A stretch of 64,000 bases of DNA, from NCBI GenBank assembly GCA_964291625.2, contig OZ220089.1, positions 3,744,001 to 3,808,000 of the forward strand, read 5' to 3'. The translations under genes were made by a program, and so were the position numbers. Each line of letters begins with the position of its first letter. The first letter of the stretch is position 1. Shown here piece by piece: positions 59,406-64,000 of this stretch. Source of the stretch: Candidatus Latescibacterota bacterium. GTDB lineage: Bacteria > Latescibacterota > UBA2968 > UBA8231. A model generated the notes under the pieces. That model was given only the letters and a program-made list of their open reading frames with translations, had not been told where the DNA came from and did not search any database.

Positions 59406-59512
59406 GGTGGTCCTCCTTTCTGGGAAGGCGTGGGCGATATCCGGCAGGCGGGCGGCCTTCGCCCGCATCCAGCCGCCTCTGGCTTCAGGCGCGGGCATTG
59501 GGCGCCAGGCGT

Positions 59513-61144
59513 TCACACTCTGTTCGAGGGCCATGCAAAAGGGCGTCGGCCGTCGTGGCCGTACGTGAAGAGCGCTGTCCGCCTCGGTGACTCGGCCTCC
59601 CAGCGGTACGCCCCGTGACAGACCGTCCCCCCCAGGAAGAAGAGAACAGACCCGCGCGGCATTGGGATGTGGCGGATCGGGGCGCGCTCGTTGCAGGTCC
59701 GCACCGAATGCGGCAGGGGGTAGCACGACTTGTGACTGCCCGGCACCACCACAAAGCCGCCATCGCCGGGACCGACGTCGCTGAACTGCCAGGCGACGTT
59801 GATGCCCGACCTCGTGTGCACGCGCCCGTTGGCCATCTCGTAGTGCTTGCCGATGCAGGTCGGGTTGGCGTTCCCCGAGTGCAGCATCTGCCCGCTCGAA
59901 CCTTTGACGTGGCACAGGGCCGTGCTCTGAGTCACCTTGTACCCTGGTCCGATCATCCAGTTCAGGCGGTGGATGACGGCCGGATGCGCCAGCATCTTGA
60001 GGAAAGGCGCGTCGTGCGGCGCCGGCAGTTGAAACAAGCCCTTCAGGTCCGGCCGGCCCGTGCCCGAGATCGTCGGCGCCCCGGGGATGTCGGCAAGCGT
60101 CACGTCCCCGCCCTTGTCGCCTGCGCCCCGGTACACCAGGCGGTCGAGGTTGGCGTCGATGCCCGCCAGGGCCGCATCGACCCAATCGTCGTCCATGACG
60201 CCCTCGACAACCAGGAAGCCCTGGGTGTCGAACGCCCAGCGCTCGGCATGGTCGTCTCGGCACTCGAACTCGAGGGCCGAGGAGGCCCTCTGCGCCGCGT
60301 CGCCATCGTCGGCGGAGGTGAGCCAGGTGGTGGCGCCGTCCGACAGGAGCAGGCGCCGCGAGTCGCCGCCCGTGAGCACGGTCTGCTCGGCCTCGCCCAG
60401 TTCTTCCGCCCATTCGGGCAGGGGCTGCTCGTCCTGCTGGTCAGATGGGCCCTGCGGCCGGGCCGCGCGCGAGATGAAATCCATCACGAGCAGCTCGCCG
60501 CCATCTCCCTGCGGGCAGACCCCGTGGAGCGTGCTGGCGGCGCACAGCAGCACGTCCCCCGCCGCCAGCGCCGGGCGCTCGGCGAAGCGGCTCGAGGATG
60601 GAAGCGGTGGGGCCGGCAGCCCGCTCTTGTGGGAGGAGGGCACGACCACCAGCGGGCACTCGCCTTCTGCGGAGTCCGTGAGGGCGATGGCCACCACAAG
60701 CCCCTGGCACTGCCGGATGCGGACCTCTTCCCAGGCGCCCCCGGCCCGTGAGAGCTGAGAACCGTCGGCGTTGCGGCCGTTCCACCCCGTCAGGTTGACG
60801 TACGCCCGGTCCAGCGTGTGAGCCCCGCCTGTCAGCGGCAGCGAGGCTTCGTCGTACCCTCCCGCGGCGGCGGCAGGGACGTGCCTCGCAGGGCCGTCCT
60901 GGCGAAAGCCGTCGCCGCACAGCTCGCGCACGTAGCGTCCGACGGGGCCGGCCTCGCTGCACAGATCGCCCGGCCCATCGCCGCTGTCGCGGCACGCGGC
61001 CAGCTCGGCCTGGCCGAGGAGCTGCGGCAGCACGAGGAACCCGAGGGCGTCGAAGGTGAAGTTCTGCTCTATGGTGAGGATCGACGGTTCGTGCGCGTGC
61101 GTCGCCTCGTTCCAGTGGTTCACGGTGTAGGTGTCGATGCCCAT
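59513..61144 (-). CDS. Tandem two-domain PhyH-like protein
   Basis: FDALGFLVL...VVPSSHKS...AGDV...LHG and FDTQGFLVV...LHSG...VVPGSHKS...CHG. Confidence 0.8.
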   Translation of the reverse strand: MGIDTYTVNHWNEATHAHEPSILTIEQNFTFDALGFLVLPQLLGQAELAACRDSGDGPGDLCSEAGPVGRYVRELCGDGFRQDGPARHVPAAAAGGYDEASLPLTGGAHTLDRAYVNLTGWNGRNADGSQLSRAGGAWEEVRIRQCQGLVVAIALTDSAEGECPLVVVPSSHKSGLPAPPLPSSSRFAERPALAAGDVLLCAASTLHGVCPQGDGGELLVMDFISRAARPQGPSDQQDEQPLPEWAEELGEAEQTVLTGGDSRRLLLSDGATTWLTSADDGDAAQRASSALEFECRDDHAERWAFDTQGFLVVEGVMDDDWVDAALAGIDANLDRLVYRGAGDKGGDVTLADIPGAPTISGTGRPDLKGLFQLPAPHDAPFLKMLAHPAVIHRLNWMIGPGYKVTQSTALCHVKGSSGQMLHSGNANPTCIGKHYEMANGRVHTRSGINVAWQFSDVGPGDGGFVVVPGSHKSCYPLPHSVRTCNERAPIRHIPMPRGSVLFFLGGTVCHGAYRWEAESPRRTALFTYGHDGRRPFAWPSNRV

Positions 61145-61250
61145 GGTCAGACCTCGCTGGATTCAGGGGTGGATGGTGTTCGTGCCGCTACGGCGGCAAA
61201 CTAAGGCGCGTTGCCGTATCGGCCAATGGGCCGGCCTGTCCGGTCCCTCG

Positions 61251-62615
61251 CTATCGGCCCAGACGGTCCAGGACATTGCGCGTGATCCGTGCTACCGGCC
61301 CGCCGTTCCGGTAGAGGCCGTGGGCCCACTCGATCGTTGCCGCCGTGAAGACGGTCCCCTTGAACTCCGATTCGTTGACCGCGACGGTGGCATGGAACCG
61401 GTCCTGGTGGACCCCCAGGTCGGCGTTGAGGCCATGGTCCTCGGCGTCCCCGATGGCGATGATCTGGTAGTGGGGGCTGATTCCGTCACGGCCCGTGAAC
61501 CGCGGTTTCCCATCCCTGAACTCGATGTCGCCGCCGTCGCATTCGACGCCGACGATCGAGTCCTCCCGGCCGAACTCATCCCCTTCTCCCAGCCCGGTCC
61601 CTGCGAACGCCCAGTGGTCGGGCCGGGTCACGCGGAAGAACCCGTACTCCCCGGACGTGGGGGCGATGATCTCGCCGGGAGTCTTGCTCTTGGCGTTGAC
61701 AGCAGCCGTATAGGAAACGCCGATCGTGCGCTGACGGAGATTGTCGATTGCGCGGAGAAAGGAAGTCCCGGGGTCCTCCGGCGTGCCGAGGGGGTGCTTG
61801 TTGTACCGGGACTTGGCACAGTAGAGCTGGCGCCCCCCGGCCCGGGTCTCCACCCGGTGCGAGAAGGAGTTGCCGGCAAAGACCATCAGGTTGCCGCCCC
61901 GTGCCACGAACCGCTGAAGCTGCTCGCACTCTTCGCGGCTGGTGTACTCGCCATGGCAGATCCTGAGATGCGCAGGGTAGTCATCGAGGAGATTCGGCTG
62001 CCGATCGTGGTCGGCGTTGACGCAGTAGTCCACCCGGTACCCCTCGGCGTCGAGCCACGATGTGAAGAACTGGTCCCATGAGTAGAACCCGCCCATGATG
62101 TCCGGCTGCAAGGGCCGCTCAAAGGTCAGCAGGTTGCTGTGAGATCGGTCGGTGGACAGATAGGGGAAGAGGCACTTGCCGCCCACGCAGTTGTAGGCGG
62201 CATAGGTATTGGTCTCGATCGTCAGGAGGATCGGCGCGCTGGGTACGCGTGGGCGAACGACGAACAGGATCTCCCGGGTCCCCTGTGCGGTGGGGAAGCT
62301 GGCGATGTAGACGCCGCTCTTCCAGTCGCGGGGCACCCGGAAGGAGACCGTCGCGGGCCAGCCGAATCCGTCCCGATAGCCGAACTCGGGGATCGGGGGG
62401 AGCCCGCCGCGCAGGTCGTTGATCTCCTTCACCAGGCGTCGTCTGGCCCCTTCGTGGAAGACGAGTACATCGTAGTACGATCGAGAATTCGATATGTGGA
62501 ACGTCACCTCGTCTCCCTGGCACACACTCAGCGGCGTGGCATAGCCGCCTTCTCTCAGCTTCCAGTGCCGGGTGGCGTCCTGCTCGTAATGGGCAAAGAT
62601 GTGTTCGCGTTTCAT
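61251..62615 (-). CDS. N,N-dimethylformamidase beta-subunit-like protein
   Basis: DWKSGVY, TYAAYN..GG, HGEY, GGNL.VF.GN, VG.E.D, G.VF.A.TI.W. Confidence 0.8.
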   Translation of the reverse strand: MKREHIFAHYEQDATRHWKLREGGYATPLSVCQGDEVTFHISNSRSYYDVLVFHEGARRRLVKEINDLRGGLPPIPEFGYRDGFGWPATVSFRVPRDWKSGVYIASFPTAQGTREILFVVRPRVPSAPILLTIETNTYAAYNCVGGKCLFPYLSTDRSHSNLLTFERPLQPDIMGGFYSWDQFFTSWLDAEGYRVDYCVNADHDRQPNLLDDYPAHLRICHGEYTSREECEQLQRFVARGGNLMVFAGNSFSHRVETRAGGRQLYCAKSRYNKHPLGTPEDPGTSFLRAIDNLRQRTIGVSYTAAVNAKSKTPGEIIAPTSGEYGFFRVTRPDHWAFAGTGLGEGDEFGREDSIVGVECDGGDIEFRDGKPRFTGRDGISPHYQIIAIGDAEDHGLNADLGVHQDRFHATVAVNESEFKGTVFTAATIEWAHGLYRNGGPVARITRNVLDRLGR

Positions 62616-62622
62616 CTCAGGA

Positions 62623-64000
62623 TCACTCCGTGTCCTGCCCAGGTTCCCGGCCTTTCGGCATGCGGTAGCCGACCCGGGGTTCGGAGAACAGCCAGGTGGG
62701 CCGGTTGGCGTCGTCGCCGAGCTTGCGGCGCAGTCTGCGGACGAGGGTCCGGATCAGCCGCACATCGCCCGAATGCCCCGGCCCCAGATCCTCCGCAGCA
62801 GCTGGTCGTGGGTCACCACCCGCCCGGCGTTGACGGAGAGCTCGTAGAGCAGGTCGTACTCGGCCGCCGTCAGCCGCACCGGACGCCCGCCCAGGGTCAC
62901 GAGGCGTTCGGCGTAGTCGACGGTCAGCGCCCCCTGTACATAGGGCTCGGTCGGCTCGGTCCAGGCCGCCTCCCGCCGGCGCAGGGCGCCCCGGATCCTG
63001 GCCACCAGCTCCGTCGGTGAGAAGGGCTTGACGATGTAGTCGGCGGCCCCCGCCTCGAAGGCCCGGGCGATGATCTCGTCGCGGCCGTAGCCGGACAGGA
63101 AGATGACCGGCACGTCGGCCAGGCTTCGGAGGTCCCCCATCAGCTCGATCCCGTCGGCTCCGGGCAGCACGAGATCGAGCAGGACCAGGTGGGGCTTCTT
63201 CTCCCGCATCAGCTGCAGCGCCTGCTCCGGGTCGGCGCTCATGAGGGGCTGGAAGTCGGCCCGGGTCAGGCCGTCCCGGACGAACTTGAGCGTCTGCGGG
63301 TCGTCGTCCACCACGAGGATGCGCGCCCCCTGCGCCTGCTCCCTGGCGGCCTTCCGGGAGATCCGGGGGAAGGGGGTGCGGCCTCCTCGACCACGGGGAG
63401 GGTGAAGGTGAACCGGGCCCCCGTGCCGGGGCCGTCGCTCTCGGCCCGGATGCGACCCCCCTGGGCTTCCACGATCCCCTTGCAGATGGCCAGGCCCAGG
63501 CCCGGACCGCCGATCCGCGGCCCTTCGTCCTCGCCGGCGCCGCGGGAGAGCCGGCCGAACAGGAGCGGCAGCCGCTCGGCGGAGATGCCCCGGCCGTGGT
63601 CGGCGACGGCGACGGCCACGTGGAGTCCCTCCCGCTCGGCCGTCACCCGGATGACGGCCGCCTCCGGCGAGTGCCGGGCCGCGTTGGCCAGCAGGTTGCC
63701 CAGGACCTGAACGATGCGCCGCCGGTCGGCTCGCACCGGCGGCAGGTCCGGCTCCAGATCGATCTCGAGGGGGTTCCGGCCTCCACCGCTGAGGAAGCTG
63801 TTCCGGGCCCGGTCCACCAGGCCGGCGATCTCGGCCGGTTCGGGCGTGACCGCCAGCGTGCCGGACCGGATGCGGGCCACATCGAGGAAGTCGCCGATCA
63901 TCTCGCGCATGGTGTCGGCCTCATCGACGATGATCCGGCAGAACTGGCGCATCTCCTCCGGATCCAGGTCGGGGGCGGCCTCCAGCAGCGTCGAGCCCGA
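62623..64000 (-). CDS. Hybrid histidine kinase-receiver-wHTH regulator; 5' part outside the window, two apparent frameshifts (~63374, ~62784)
   Basis: HATPase (NLLANA, DHGRG, GLGLAI), receiver (ILVVDDD, LLD, KPF) and OmpR-type wHTH ending EPRVGYRM in three successive frames. Confidence 0.85.

Noticed and set aside
203-63882. Many long Arg/Pro/Gly-rich or antisense ORFs in the track (e.g. 9344-11473, 19255-20568, 37847-39643, 52882-55104)
   Set aside because: Shadow frames of real genes in high-GC DNA; no motifs, and they overlap confident CDS

Overview
GC-rich bacterial chromosomal window with about 57 CDS and no recognisable rRNA, tRNA, CRISPR array, integrase or transposase. It is mostly catabolic genes: sugar-acid, amine and sulfate enzymes, three PhyH-type dioxygenases, a sulfatase and a GH51. 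It also carries housekeeping genes (aspS, comM, ltaE), two TonB-dependent receptors, three toxin-antitoxin-like modules and an ECF sigma operon. The secreted FlgD-Ig/dockerin/YWTD protein and the PhyH expansion resemble Latescibacterota/Poribacteria-like, often sponge-associated, genomes (inference only). The strongest non-obvious signals are: (1) a complete ribosome-mediated attenuator in front of a non-discriminating-type aspS, with promoter, Asn/Asp-rich 30-aa leader, antiterminator and terminator; (2) a ~195-nt multi-helix RNA-like element directly after a DIP1984-like coiled-coil gene; (3) a DUF2946/CruR-like RAPP arrest leader upstream of two TonB receptors; (4) a low-GC pair of a 313-aa protein and a PIN nuclease; (5) two small membrane ORFs missed by the ORF track. 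Five single-site frameshifts in GC runs suggest assembly indels. All family calls come from motif recognition by eye; no database search was run.
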